Shown here: in pieces, positions 24,770 through 39,009 of the stretch
Layout: every line of letters starts with the position of its first letter
How positions within the stretch are numbered: position 1 is the stretch's first letter
Assembly (NCBI GenBank): GCA_905331295.1
Contig: CAJNYD010000098.1
Span: 1 to 64,000, forward strand
Length of the DNA: 64,000 nt
Direction: 5' to 3'
From: Rotaria socialis
Lineage: Eukaryota
Position numbers and translations under genes: made by a program
The notes under the pieces: model-generated
Seen by the model: only the letters and a program-made list of their open reading frames with translations
The model's database searches: none
Told to the model about the DNA's origin: nothing

Positions 24770-27700
24770 TTAAATAGATTCTTTCGAATTGAATGAAATT
24801 GAATGTTTTTTATCAGTGAATGGAATGCCCATTGATATTGTTGTTTTATGATTTTCAATCGATTGAACTGTAGTTTTACTTTCATTTAATTCTGTTTGTC
24901 GTTTAACTAGTTCATAGTATAAACCATGTTTATCAATTAATTCTAGATGCGTACCTTCTTCAACAATTTTGCCAAATTGAAGAACAAGAATTTTATCTGC
25001 ATTACGAATAGTTGATAGGCGATGAGCAATAACAAGTACCGTACGACCAAGGACTGTACGAGCTATTGCTTCTTGTACCTATAAATACGTGATAAAAATT
25101 TGCTTTAATAAGAAATGTAAAAGTACAAATAGAAGTCAATTAAAATAGATAGATTCTAAATTTTTCATATGCAACATAAGCTATGAAAGAAATTTTTCTG
25201 TTCAGTCATTTATCTTTAAGTTCTTCATGATCATTGTCTCAACTTTTTATTTTAAAATTTCTTCGAGTGCTAGATATTTCTAGCTGTCGTGCTTGTTTCC
25301 ACGTAATTATGTATGTATGTATCAAATTTCACTGCTATAAACAACAAAGAATTACTTGTGATTCAGCATGAGCATCCAAAGCACTTGTGGCTTCATCTAG
25401 TAATAAAACATTTGGTGAACGAATTAAAGCTCTTGCCAAAGCAATTCTTTCTATTAAGATTTAAAAACAAAAAGAGAAAGAAACCTTGAATAAAATCAAA
25501 TTCTAGATTTAAATAAAAACTAACGTTTTTGCCCACCAGCCATTTGTACTCCACGTTCACCACATTCAGTTTCATAACCATCTTGAAATGTTGATATGAA
25601 TGAATGAGCATTCGCCATTTGAGCGATAGTTTCAATTTCTTCTTGAGATTTCATTTCTATTAGACCATATTGAATATTATCTTTAATCGACCGAGCATGG
25701 AGCACTGGCTCTTGACTAACAAGTGAAACCTATTTTTAGAGGCACTGGATTAATTACGAGAAAGATTGTTTTTTTTAAATAATTAACCTTTTCATGATAA
25801 AATTTATAATCATAATCTTTGACAGATATACCATCAATTAATACTTCACCTTCATCTGCTTCATAAAAATGTTCTAATAAACTAATACATGTTGTTTTTC
25901 CACCTGTAAGGGATGAAATATATGATTTTTTTTGTTAGCATCAATAAATTTCGATATTATCAAAATTTTTTGCCATGGATAGAAAAAAAATATTTCATTT
26001 AGATTTTTACTAAATTCAGGCTAGCATTATTTATATCTATCATTTTCTTTTATGCGTAGTTGATAAGCTCACATTTGTTTAACGGTGCATAAATGAAATA
26101 AATTGCTGCTGTACCACTTTAGATTGAAATCTTTTTTTGTCTATATTTTATTTCTGGGCAAGACTTAGAAATTTTTAAAGATTGTTAGAATCAATGAGCA
26201 ATGACAATATATTTTGTTTTAATTCTTAGGCCGACGATCCCAGAAATAATTTCCAATGTACAGTCAGTTATTGATTATAATCTTACTTCCACTTGGTCCA
26301 ACAAGAGCCACTTGTTGTCCAGGTTGAACAGTAAATGAAATATTTTTCAAAACTTTGTCATTTTTTCTATTTGGAAATGAAAATGTAACATTTTTAAATT
26401 CGATGCGTCCTTGAAAATGATGCGGTTTTTCAATTCCATTATTAATGATTTTCGGTTTTCGATCAATATATTCAAATAGTTTTACTGATGCACCACTTGC
26501 TTTCATTAAACTTGCATAAACATCGTTGACCGACTAAAACACGTGAAATGTTATTTAAATAGAATTTCTATATCACTAATTTTTACATTAATAACATCGC
26601 CTAGTCGTTGTTGATATAAAATAAATGAAACAAAATGAGAAACATTTAATCGATTATACATGACAAGATGGCCACCATAAGCAAGTGTACCTAAATTTAG
26701 TAATACAGTTAATATTTGACCATTCCACATGTAACCAAAATCTAATCGAATAAAATTTTGAATGAATTCTTAAATGAATTGAAATTAACTCACAATAGAA
26801 AGCTTGTCGAATTGCATGTTTTCGAATAATATCATTTTTTTTACGAAATAATCGAATTTCTTCATCTTCGTCTGGTCAATATTAAATAAAACGAATAAGA
26901 TGCATCAAAAGTTTACTTGACGAAAACAGATTATGCGCTTACTTGCGAAAGATTTCACAGTACGAATAGTAGAAATTGCTTCTTCTGCTAATGAATTTGA
27001 TTCAGCTAATGCACTTTGAATTTTTTCTTGTTGGTTCTTTAAAATTAGAAAGAAAACGAACGAAAAACAAAAGTGACTTTTTATTTTATTCTTAGAAAAA
27101 TAGATTATAATTACAGTCATAAGATCTCCATAAATCTTAGATACACCAAATGCTAATGGGCCAGTGATTAGAATTAAAATAAACAAATTCCATGATAATA
27201 TTAACATGATGATAATTATTCCAACTAAATAATATAAAAAATGAATATTATTAGGTATCTCTTTTAATAAATATTAATAAATAATGAGAAATATGAGAAA
27301 ATTGATTTCATAATTAATTTTTCGAGATAGCATTATTTTCTTTGTTATAATTCTTATATATTGTTCATCAGTAGATAATCTAAATCTTCGAATGGCGTAA
27401 GAATTTTACCGCAAAGAATTGTGATTCTCTTTATGTATCTTTAGACTGGAATTTTCAGCACATTGTTAGGTACATAGTATTCAGAAAGAGAAAAAAATTC
27501 AGTTTAATTACTAAATTATTCTTTAGGGGCTGCTCTCATAATTGAATAAATAATAGAATTCGAATTTCAATAATAGGATCTCGACTTTGAATATTCTTCT
27601 ATGATATACTAAACTGACCGTAATCCATCTATAAAACATACTCTATGTATACCAAATATCTGATTACTATTGATGTTTGAAGGCGCAGATAGATAGTATG

Positions 27701-29588
27701 CTTTTCAGTTTTATTTCCTATTTAGAGTTGCATTTTTATCAATAAGGACAAATGAATTTTCTGTAATTAAGGCTTAATTCAAATTTCTGATACGATTAAT
27801 AGTAGTTCAAAGGTATGTTTATATTATCACAATTGTAAGATTTATTGGGATTGAGTTTTAAATTCAATTTTTAGACATTTAGAGTGCACTGACAGATAAA
27901 CATAAGTTCAGAAAGGAAACCCATTCATACGCATACTGAATAGTAAATGTTCATTGAAAATAAATGCGTGTTCGTTGTAATTAATTTCCATCGTTAAAAA
28001 TACTAGTGATATCTGCGTCTGTTTCTAAAATTAGCACATTGATTTATTTTTTCAATATTACAGGAATGAACGCCTACTTGTAAACAAAATCTGAGATAAA
28101 AGCTGTGTTTCTCAACAATGGTACGAGTAATTCAATAACGAGTGAAAAATTTACAAAGCTATCATCATTCTGTAAGAAAAATCTAAGAGGACGAATTTTT
28201 TGTCGAACCTATTCCAAATTAAAGATCCTCTGTATTTGTTCAAATAAAACATGAATTTCAAAGTAACGAATCTATTCAAGTGAATTCCACTCTAATAAAG
28301 AAATTCTACTTCATTACTATGTAGAATGATATGATTTCTGTTTTTATCTATGGATACTTACTTGCTTGGACCATACTTCGTAGAAATATATTCAAATTAA
28401 CGGAAACAGCTTCACCAACTGTTGTTATATCTGATGATAGACGCGAAGTTATTTCGCCTGTTTTAGTTTCATCAAAAAATTCAATATCTTGTTTTACAAT
28501 AGAAGTAAAAAGAGTATTTCGAAGACGTTGAATTAAATTAGCACTCGTTATTGAAAAAATAAAGCCACGAAGACCAGATGATATGACACTGATTTTAAAT
28601 ACAATTATTTTCATTTCTATAACAATCAAAGACAAAAATAGCTTACTAAACAATTGATACTCCAAGATACCAAAATATACTAATAAGAAATTTATGCCAA
28701 TCACTAGCAACAACTGAACTTATAATATTGCCAGAGAAATAAGGTTGAATCATTTCAGCTAAAATAAAGAATATAAAAAAGATTTTTTTCAACAGTTTTA
28801 CATAGTACTCCTTTACTTGCTGCAGCAATTAATAATACAGAAAAACCAATAATATATAGTGTCCATTCTTCTTTACCAAGTTTTAGTATTCGCCACCATG
28901 AACTGGTATTTTTTTTAATTTGCACTTGAATATCTTCATTCTTTGTTTCATTAAGAGTCGGCCTAGACAGTGCATCTGCAACTAATGAACAATAAATAGT
29001 TTTTGAGAAAAAAATATCAAAACTCTAAGTACCATCTACATTTAATGAACTTGCTTCTTCAGTATATAATCGTCTTGTTGTTTCATTAATAAGATGTTCT
29101 CGTTCTGGATCTGTCGAACGACTGTCAAATTTAATGTTAATAGTACGAAAAAATAAAGTCCATATTAAAATTCCTCCTAATGCAAATAATGCAATAAAAA
29201 TGATAGCTAAATAATCAAATCGATCGAATTGATACGGTGAAGTTGATTCTCGAATATTCTTCCATTCATAGAAAACAAGAAATTTACTTGATGAGTAGAC
29301 ATAGATAAACAATTGAAATAGAGTAGGAATCACTCGAATACAACGTAAATATTTTAAACATCGAGAACATTTGACTAGAAAAATACTTGATAATATAAAA
29401 ATAATCGAATCAAAGAGCATAAGAAAGTAAAGTTCAACATATGTTCGAATATAATCAAATGAACGTAATTGATCAATCAAATTTGTTCTAATGTCAGTGA
29501 AACCGCGTGTAAATATGCATGTAATTATTATTATTATAAGAATACCATAGACTGCGGGATATAAACGGTAACAGTTGTGACATGACAT
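24770..29588 (-). CDS. ABC subfamily B half transporter, TAP/ABCB9(TAPL)-like, with N-terminal TMD0
   Basis: Hydrophobic TMD0 exon, [35 protein letters not shown], Walker [18 protein letters not shown], signature QMAGGQKQRIA, Walker [19 protein letters not shown]. Confidence 0.92.
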
Positions 29589-30896
29589 GACTAAATATAA
29601 AAAGAGAATCAACTATTTGCTTTATTTTTCTCTTGGATGGGCAATTTATTTAGTCATACTTAGTTTATTTGAAAAGAAAATAATAATACAAATCATACGG
29701 AATTAGTAATAAACAAAAAGAAAAAGATTCATTTTTTTATAGTTTTCAAAACTTTATTGTTTCCTTTTGTAGGTAGACATTCTTTTTCATCGGTAATTCA
29801 GATATTATCAAACGCACAAAAAAATTATTGTTGATATTGATTGCACGCATGTTTGTTTACGAGCACGATTAAATAGTAACCTTCTGTTTTCAAAGATACA
29901 CTATGAAATATTCTGTTTGAATGTTATAACTAAATCTTATTATCTGTTTTTGTAAATTTAAATAGATAATAAATACTGAACATATTGTATCCTTACTCAC
30001 AAAGGAGAATGTTTATTATGTGAGTGATTATTTAAATTCTTCTAAATTAAATCAGTCTTGCACTAAATAATGTCATATGTAAAGTAAAAAAGCACATTAA
30101 GATAATGAATCTATCAATAGTTTCTTCCAGATTAACAGCGATCTTTCTACCATATATTTTGATTATTGTCAGTATATTATTCTGTTTCTTCATTTGTTAA
30201 AACTTAATGTTTTATGGTTAACTTTCTTTGACGACTACGTTAAAGTAAAGCATTTCAGTGAATAAACAAAATTTTACGTTAGATTTAACCTGTTTTTAAG
30301 ATCTGCATGAAATAAGGATAATCGTAGTTTGAAACTTGTACTAGGTATCTGATTTATTCTAAATATTGTGCCTAAAATAAATGAATGATATTTATTAATA
30401 GCTGTACGTAAGATTTTTCTGACTTCATCTTACTAGTTTTTCTTCTGAAAAATAACTATTGATAAAAAGTGTAAGTTCAACGTATTAGTCGCCTATTAAA
30501 ACATGACAAATTTTATAAAGATTCAGTTGTATGCTTCAAGATAAGCATTTTATCAAGTGTCTTTTGAAAAAAAGGCACTCATATTTCCAACTGTTCCTGG
30601 GCAGAGTAGATACGGAATTATAAATGTCGCAATATGCTCCTCGTACTCAATAAAAAAAAAAAACGTAAAATACAGTTATTCATCGGATAGTCAATCAATA
30701 TCAAAGAGTAACATTGTTTAGTTAACAATAAAATACAAAAATAGCATACTAAAGCAAATGCAGCTGTATTACGTATAAACTAAAGTAAACTGATGCTTCG
30801 AAAATTTTGTTTCTAAATATGAAAATGTCATTCGACCAAGAATCTATTTGATTCCAAAATAACTCGCTATTGTCCAAAATTCACAAGAGTTTTTCT

Positions 30897-31334
30897 CAGT
30901 GGCGGCGGAGCCATTGAGACAGGTGAGGCTTTAGCCTAACCTAGATTTCAACAGATGAGGCTCAGCCTCACCTAGATTTCAGATTTCAGATTGCAAATTG
31001 TTATTTTCTATTCTCAGGATTTGTTACGCTGAGCCAGTGGCGGCGAAGCCACTGAGACCCATGAGGCTTGAGCCTCACCTAGATTTCACAAGATGAGGTT
31101 CAGCCTCACTTACTTTTGTACTGAATATTGTTATTTTTTATTCGCGCATCAAAGCAGGAGCAAAAGTCTTTTTTGGTATTTTCCAATCATCTTTTTTATA
31201 GCGACCATGTTTATTTTTACTGCAGTTCAACAAAAAGAAGACTTATTTTTTGCTTGATGCGTTCATAAAATTCCACGGTAGAAAAAAAATATATTATGAG
31301 CCTCACCTAGCTTAATGACGCTCCGCCGCTCCTG
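30897..31334. mobile_element. hAT-type MITE with perfect 8-bp TSD
   Basis: TIRs CAGTGGCGGCGGAGC / GCTCCGCCGCTCCTG, TSD gtttttct at 30889-30896 and 31335-31342, subterminal GCCTCACCTAG repeats. Confidence 0.92.
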
Positions 31335-33398
31335 GTTTTTCTACTATCTATTCTTGTATGTATCGTTCATGTGAACTGTTTATCTATTATAGTTTTCATC
31401 GAATTATGTTTTTCGAAGACTTTACTACCTATTAATTTTTACATCAACTTCGTTTCAAAACAAATCGAATTATTTCTTTTTATTAAGATCATTTGATGCT
31501 TTTGTAAATAATCAAAATATTTATTTTTGATAATTATATTCGATGTAACAAAGCTCGTTGAATAGCAACTGACAAGGATTATTTTGTAATATCCTACAGT
31601 TAAATTTTCAAATTTTATGGTATTAAAACTACTGACGTAATAGTTCCTCTCATTTTAAAAAGTACTCTTGAAAGAACTAGTCAGAAGGAACAGTTAGCTT
31701 GAAAAGAACTAAACGGAATATTAGGTTGATAGAGTAGCACTTAACATTCATGAGACCATTCAATGATGTTTATAAGTTATTTCTAAAATATCGCTGAGGG
31801 AAAAAGAAATGAGCTAATAGATGACTCCATTTTAGTTAGCTTAATCTGTCGAATCAGTTATTTGAAATTAACTAGAATTGCGTAAGAAATCTTCTACGAC
31901 ATGTCTCGCTAGTCCATGACTATCAACTGATTGATAATGAATCAAATCTTGCAACATAACATACTTTTTCTATTTGACATGAGAACTGCAACAAGAAACA
32001 GTTGACTTTATTTATGCATAATACATTGGTTCATGATAAAATGAGAGACAAAAATAAGTATCAAAATAAAATGACCAAAACCTACAACAAGGGGCGAATA
32101 TCACTTGATTTTATTATTATTTTTCATCGTTAAGTAACCTTCTATCAATGTTTAATTCCTGCACATGATTAAGGACACATTTTGGCGATGGTAAAAATTG
32201 TATTGTACAACTCGTTTTTGTTTTTGACTTGTTGTCAATAAAGATCTTTCTATGTTCTTTATAACTTCATCGAATGAAACAAATTAGTTCAACTGGTGAG
32301 AACTATGAAAAAAATTAAAACAAAAACTAAAAACATATTAACTGCAACAGATAGAATGTGAGAGAAATGAAAAAATATCAGAAATGCCCCGATAAATCAA
32401 TAATTATTTTTAAAGTATAGAATTTGTTGGTGTGTATCGAAACTCTATAGTACAATTTTCTGTTAAGACATTATCTCATAAAATTCTAGTTTTAATCAGT
32501 ACTAATAGAACTATTGAAGAAAATTCTTCGGTTAATTTCTACAGTAATATCGGCTTAGTGCATCGATACGAAGTATTTATTTTAAATCCTATTTATATTA
32601 CCAAAGAAAGAATTGATACCCAAATAAAAGTATCCTCTAATGAATGACTTTTCTCGAGCTAAACTCATTAGCAAAAATACTTCAGTCATTTGACAGCAAT
32701 ATAAACGTCTATTTTGATGGTAGTTTTGGCTAATAAAAAATAATTCTAGTATTTCTAGAAATTCGATATACATAGAGTAAACGTAATAGTCAAGTCATGA
32801 AAAGATTCCAACTTAATCGCAGGAACAATTCAAACAAACAATAATTTCTCTTGCTAACATAATAGGTAGATCATGGAATGGACCTTTGTGTAGGCACATG
32901 TTGTCATGGACCTTTCCAAAGTTTTACCTTTCAGAAAGAAATATTTTGTGTATCGATTTCTACAGATACCTAATAGTTGTTCAAACACTAATATGAAAAG
33001 AAAAATGAAAAGAAAATGACCAGCTTCTACATCAATCAATAAACTATGCTTCCAAACAAAAACAAAAGAAAATAACTTTCTTACAGATTCATTACTCTAT
33101 CAATATTGATTACATTATAACAGTAGTTATCATGACCTGTGCAAGATACCTAAAGGTGCTAAGTAAATATCACTAGCGCTCGTATCTATGTAATTGAATG
33201 GTACATCAACGATCAACTATCCTATTAGAACGCTAGGAAGTCATTTTAGATGAAATACATCAAATTTATTTAATGATAGTTTCACTGATAATAGCAAATA
33301 CATTTGATTGATGATGTAAGAATTCATCTTGACAAGAAAAGTCATCATTTACTTCAATATTTATGAAGCACAGCAACACTACGTAAATTCATCAGCAA

Positions 33399-34815
33399 CT
33401 AGATGGTATTCGAGTTCCACTCGACTACGAAATGCGGTGCGAAGCACACAGGCCGAATTTTCGAAAACATGGGGAATAAGATAAAAAAATGAATGGTCAA
33501 TTTCAGAGTTCATTAGAACCGTTTTTTTCTTAATGTTTACGAATTTTGAATTTATGTTTCGCATTCGCCATTCTTAAATCGACCATTATGAAATTCATCA
33601 CTAGGAGATCTCTTGGAAAATGTAACAACCACTTTTCTAACGAGGTTTTTCATTGAATGATTATCTACTTTCATGAATCATTTTCCTGAATCATATGTAA
33701 AGCAATAGACTATTGGCTCACAATTATTGATGACGTCATTTTAATTATATCGAATTGTTAAAACGATAAATAGCTTTCAAAATCGTCATTTTGAACAATA
33801 TTTCTGAGCAAGCAAAAAATCGCATTAAAAATTCGGAAAAGATATCGCAAGTTCAATTTTTATACTTTCATCTCTACTTCGAACGACTTCTCTATGACTT
33901 TCCGATCTCGAGATCATCGCGCTACTAAATGACAACTTTTGATGCGTGCATCAAGTAAAAAAAAAGAAAAAATTCGCCACGGACTACATGAATGCAGTAC
34001 GAAGCACAGCATTAAAGATGTCAGCAATTGTACATCGACGCTCATTATTAGTGCTAGCGATAATTAATCGCTGCTAGCATCAGCGACAAGTCTCAATGTG
34101 CTCGGATCGACTTAATGAAAATAAAATCCACAGATTATTAGTAATATCCGGATTTTACTTTGGGTGAACGAAAGGTCATAGACCAAATCGGACAAAATTT
34201 TGTACCTATTCGGATCTCAACGATTCTAGTGATGTTTCAATGACTGTCAAGCGCTGTGCCGCTCTCGAGATCATCGCGACACAAAATATGGAGCTTGGAT
34301 GCGTAGATCGAGAAAAAACTAGATGGTATCCGAGTTGCACTCGTATACGAAAAATCTTCAATTCAGAGAAATCTTGAATACTTTTTATGCTGACATGATG
34401 AAATTCATCACTGAGAAAATTCTATTCTTACACATTGATTTCGATTGTTCGATTAATTATCTCCATGATTCATTATCTTAGATCAGCTGTAAATGAATAG
34501 ACTATAGTGGCTAACATATGTTGATGGCGTCACTTTAATTATCTCGCAACAAATTTCTTTCATTTTCGTCATTTTGGAAATCAATTTTTGAGAGATCGGA
34601 GCTTCAGATTGAAGATTCGAAAACAGGTGTTATAAGTTCGATCTCGATACTTCCATGTGACGTTTTAACTACTTTTCTACGATTTTGTATTCTCGAGATC
34701 ATCGCATCACAAAACGACGAAAAAGGTGCGTACGTCGAGAAAGCAAAAGAACAAGAAAACTCGCGACGGACTACAGAAATGCCTCTGCTTCGCATCGCAT
34801 TAAAAATATGGCGAC
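33399..34815 (-). mobile_element. Helitron-like non-autonomous remnant: two diverged ~0.5-0.6 kb units, each ending in hairpin + CTAG on the minus strand
   Basis: Minus strand reads TCGAGT-GGA-ACTCGA..CTAG|T at 33424-33399 and CGAGT-GCA-ACTCG..CTAG|T at 34343-34319. Shared collinear blocks include tgaaattcatcact, aatagactat, tcgtcattttg, ctcgagatcatcgc and acggactaca. Confidence 0.6.
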
Positions 34816-35029
34816 TTCGAAACATCGCTATACAGTGATTCGCACCGTAAAATTGTAAACTGATCTTAAAATCGTCCGATCTATTTAAACTGCCATTTAT
34901 TCTAATCACCTCATAGAAACATTCTATTAAGTAATACACATTTGATAAGCAATGGAATAAGTTTAAAAATAAAACAGGAGTTGAGATATCAGTAGAACAA
35001 TTAAGAATGCTTAAAGGATTTAACATGTA

Positions 35030-35716
35030 CTATTCATTTACTCGGCTTGTCCACGTAACGTGTTACTTCGCTGTGGAAGTTTTGAAAATTGTTTTTTTCG
35101 AGATGAAGAAATCGCTATATATCATTAGATGCAGATTTTTGCGCTGGTTGCGAATCTAGAATTTTTTCCTACAAAAAAAATGAAAATTTTTGCATTTTAA
35201 ATCGTATTTTAAGCTTTTAAACGAAAAACGTTTTTGGGAAAATGCTCAGCATCGCACCAATCGATACAGAATTTAATTCTCTACAAAATGGTCAGTTTAT
35301 TTTTAAATTTCATCCTTCAAGGCAACTTTTACATTGTTATAGAGCTTTCAACTTTCAGTACTGGTAAAGAGCTTCCACTTCGATGCAGCAACTTGATTTT
35401 TTGTACACTGGTTATATGTAGAGAGTAGATCAATGATTACGAAAATAAACTAGATCCGAATATCTTAAGGGATTCAAAATCGCTCGACAAAAAATAATGT
35501 CACAGCGTTACGTTACATGTTTTCATTTCTTTTTGAATAATGAGAGCTAGGGAAAAAGTTTCTATCATTGAAAAGCTCGTTTCATGATCTACAAAGTTGG
35601 TTCCAGGTCTATTTTAATTGGAGATCGTCGTTCGCTGGGAATTAAACGATAAGTGACAGCGTTCGAAACTCAAGGGTCAAAACGTCACAGCATTACGCTT
35701 AAACAAATCGCACTGA
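35030..35716. mobile_element. Probable degraded non-autonomous DNA transposon fragment
   Basis: CpG-enriched and non-coding, with repeated gtcacagc(g/a)ttacg motif at ~35499 and ~35684. Termini not identified. Confidence 0.3.
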
Positions 35717-36032
35717 ATTCTAAGTTTTGGTTAGACAAAATCTTGTCGAATTTCTGAATAAAACTACCTATCAATAATATATAACATATAAACAAAGATG
35801 AATATAAAGGTTCTTCAATATCATACCTGAATTCCATTAAGAAAAACATTATCAATCATCTTAAAAAAAAACACAATAAAATTTATTATCGTTAAATAAA
35901 ATCACAAATGTTTATAAAATATTTAAATAGTTCAGTTTTACTCATTTTCATTACTTAAGAAAGTTTCACATGCATAAAAGAAAACAATAGATGTGTAAAA
36001 AGAAAACAATCAAAAAATTAATTTCATGAAAT

Positions 36033-39009
36033 TCATGAAAAATCTCGGTCAGGAAAGAGAACTGGTGCTACACACGTCCAGACATACAACAGCACACATA
36101 ACCAACTTGATATAATTTTTATCCAAAGTGATGCTAAATTATTATTGTACGTACTAAAATCTTTGGCTGGATCATACCAACTAAAATTGATGAGAAAAAA
36201 AATTGATGAGAAGAAAAGGAAGAACCTGGAAATAAAATAGTTTTCTTTTGTGAATCACATATGATGTGTTCTAAAGGTAAATACAATTGGCTTAATTTTT
36301 AAGCTGATATTTTGCGACTCAAGTTATCGATACGAAATGGAAAAGAGATCATTTATTGGGTGTATCTTGTTAGTATCTAAGAATGAGATACGTTGAAATT
36401 CTTTTATCAAATATTTCAGCAACAAAACAAGAAAGATATCAAATAGCACTCCTACCAAGGCCTAGAATTTCCTCGAAATTTGAAGAGCTGATTTTGTTTA
36501 TCAATATTTTAAATAGTGTAGTCATTGATATTTTCACTTATAAAGATCTACATCTAAGATGTTAAGAACCATGATGTATTGACTTCCTACAACCTTCATA
36601 TGATCAACAAAAACAAATAAAAATAAAAACTTGAAGTAATCAAGATATAACATACAAAAAAAAGTCAATTTCTATGTTTGTACGTTTATCGAAGTATACG
36701 ATAGAGTGTTAACATTCGTTGTGTAAAAGACAAACTTATTTTTTCAGTTGAATCAACAATTAGAATAAGCATAATGTTCAATCAAGAAAAACGCTAATGT
36801 AATTCGACTGTGTGAATAAAATAGATATGAAACATTTCTGTTTGAAATAGACAACTGCATAACATCGTATTTTTCTAGTCACCCATTGTCATTTGAATAC
36901 AGCTGAAGTCTACTAAAGCTTTTTCATTTAATGTGTGTCCTGTTAATATCATGAAACTAAGGAATATGTTTATATATATGTGTGTGTGTTCTATATTCTA
37001 GCTTTAAAAGGACTATGCTGACTAGAGCCCATCGGCTTCAAGAGTTTATGAATCTGGATCCGGTCTCGTACCCGACGGATTGAAAATTTTGGAATCGGAC
37101 TCGATCGATCAGGATTTTTGAACTCGAATATTAGTACTCAATTTTTCTAGGGTTCAGAATTAAAAAATACTCTGCAAACTGTCAAGGAATTTTTCTAATC
37201 GAGGAATGAAATCTTCTACTTTTTATCAAAAAGTGTAAGCATTTTTGTGTAAAATGGATGAAAACTCAAAAAAAAAAATTATATGGATCACAATTGTCAG
37301 ACTCGAACTCGATAGGCTCTAACGCTGACAAGCTTTCTTACTTAGTTAATGTCATCATTACATTTAATACTGCAAGCACCAACATAAAATGAAATAATGA
37401 ATAATTGTATGTAACTGATCCCCGTTCATCATCATACACACGTTGATGACTGTGATCATCACTACCTAACATCCATTTATGATCAGATACTGAATTCACT
37501 AATTGTGCGTCATCTAATATCGTTGAATCAATCGAAGAAGAGAAAAATAATTTTTTTGCACGATTATTACGTGATGTTGTTATAATTGAATAAAAAAGTG
37601 TGCAGACAAATATAATCAAGCCAATAACTGTGATTGGATCAAGTAAATGTTGTTGTCTTGTTGGATGTGGATTTGAAGTTACCGATGGATTGATAGGATG
37701 AGCGACTGAATTAATACTTGGATTGCAAAGCTCTTTTGGATTGTTACTCATTGCGGACCATGTATAATAAATAACATAGAGACTGACAAATGATGATTGA
37801 AGAAGACCACACGAAGAATTATATTGTCGTACATATGGTAATATTGATATAATCGATAAAACAAAGCATAAAAAAATATTAAATGAAATAAAAAACGCGT
37901 GTAAACGACAAAGAGAACGATCGGGCACATAATAAACATAAAATAGCACAGTTCCAGTTATTGTTAATGCATAGAAAAGGAAAGTAAAGAAAAGCAAACC
38001 ATAACCATGTCGTTTAGAACCAGATTCAACATGATCAACCCAAGATTGATTCCACCTAAAGAAAACAATTGCTTGTCTCAATGTTTGTTAAACTTAAAAC
38101 TAAAAAGTCTATCTGTTCAGCAGAACAACATTTCCTATTCAAAATTCAATCAATGGGAAAATCGAATAAATGAAATAAACATTTTGCACAACTTAAAATG
38201 TGTTTCTTTTCATATCTAATTTTCTAGATGTTAATTTGTTTGTACAATTGATCTACTAAAAATTCAATCAATAGCAATCTCGTAAAAGATCATTTTTGCT
38301 TGATAGGAGAAACCGGTTTGCATTTTTTTCCCTTCTTTTCAACTATGATTACTTACGAATGAACGAAATCAATTGATATAAGTAATTGAAGAAGAATAAA
38401 CTACAAAAACGAAATAGATTAATATAGAAAGGACTAGAATTTAACTAACAATAAATCCTCCGATCAAGCCAAAAATCATAAATACATAATCAAAGCCATT
38501 ATTGGGAATGAAGAAAGCTCCAACAATCAAACTGATAAGTATAATTAACTTGAATCCCCAAAATCCATTTTGAATTTTTGCTCGAAAATCATTCGATGTT
38601 TTCACCTTTATCATCTATGTAGATAACAGCGAATATTATTTTTATATTATTTATCCATAAATAGTAAACTTACTAATAATGATAAAATTAAAAAGAACAT
38701 TGACATACCAAATGAAAGACGATATACAGCAAGTGATCCGACTACTTGTGAACAATTAATGGATAATACAAGATGAATATTTGCATTTGGTAGTTTGCAT
38801 AAAGCTGGAATTTTACTTAACGTATTTTCGAGACCAGGTATCAACATTATACAAGATACTATAAGTCCAGCAACAAGAATAAGACCGTACGCAATACGTG
38901 TTGATGTCGAGCCTTTACATGATGGACACGCTGAACAACAAAGTGAACAAAATGCATTACCAAAACAACATACAGCAGATGAGCCCAATGAACCAAGACA
39001 AAGTCCCAT
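36033..39009 (-). CDS. SERINC: Serine incorporator (SERINC/TMS1 family), 5 exons
   Basis: MGLCLG..CC.G.A.CSLCCSACPSCKGSTSTRIAY, GSLAVYRL, IQNGFWGFK, GLLQSS, WSAMSN, VTYNYSLFH, MMTLTNWY, WIKIISSW, APVLFPDRDF. Confidence 0.96.
37023..37321. mobile_element. hAT-type MITE in the last SERINC intron
   Basis: TIRs TAGAGCCCATCG / CGATAGGCTCTA, near-perfect 8-bp TSD atgctgac / acgctgac, ACTCGA subterminal repeats. Confidence 0.85.

Noticed and set aside
34604..35026. 140-aa ORF in the repeat region as a transposase
   Set aside because: No Rep/helicase or DDE motifs.
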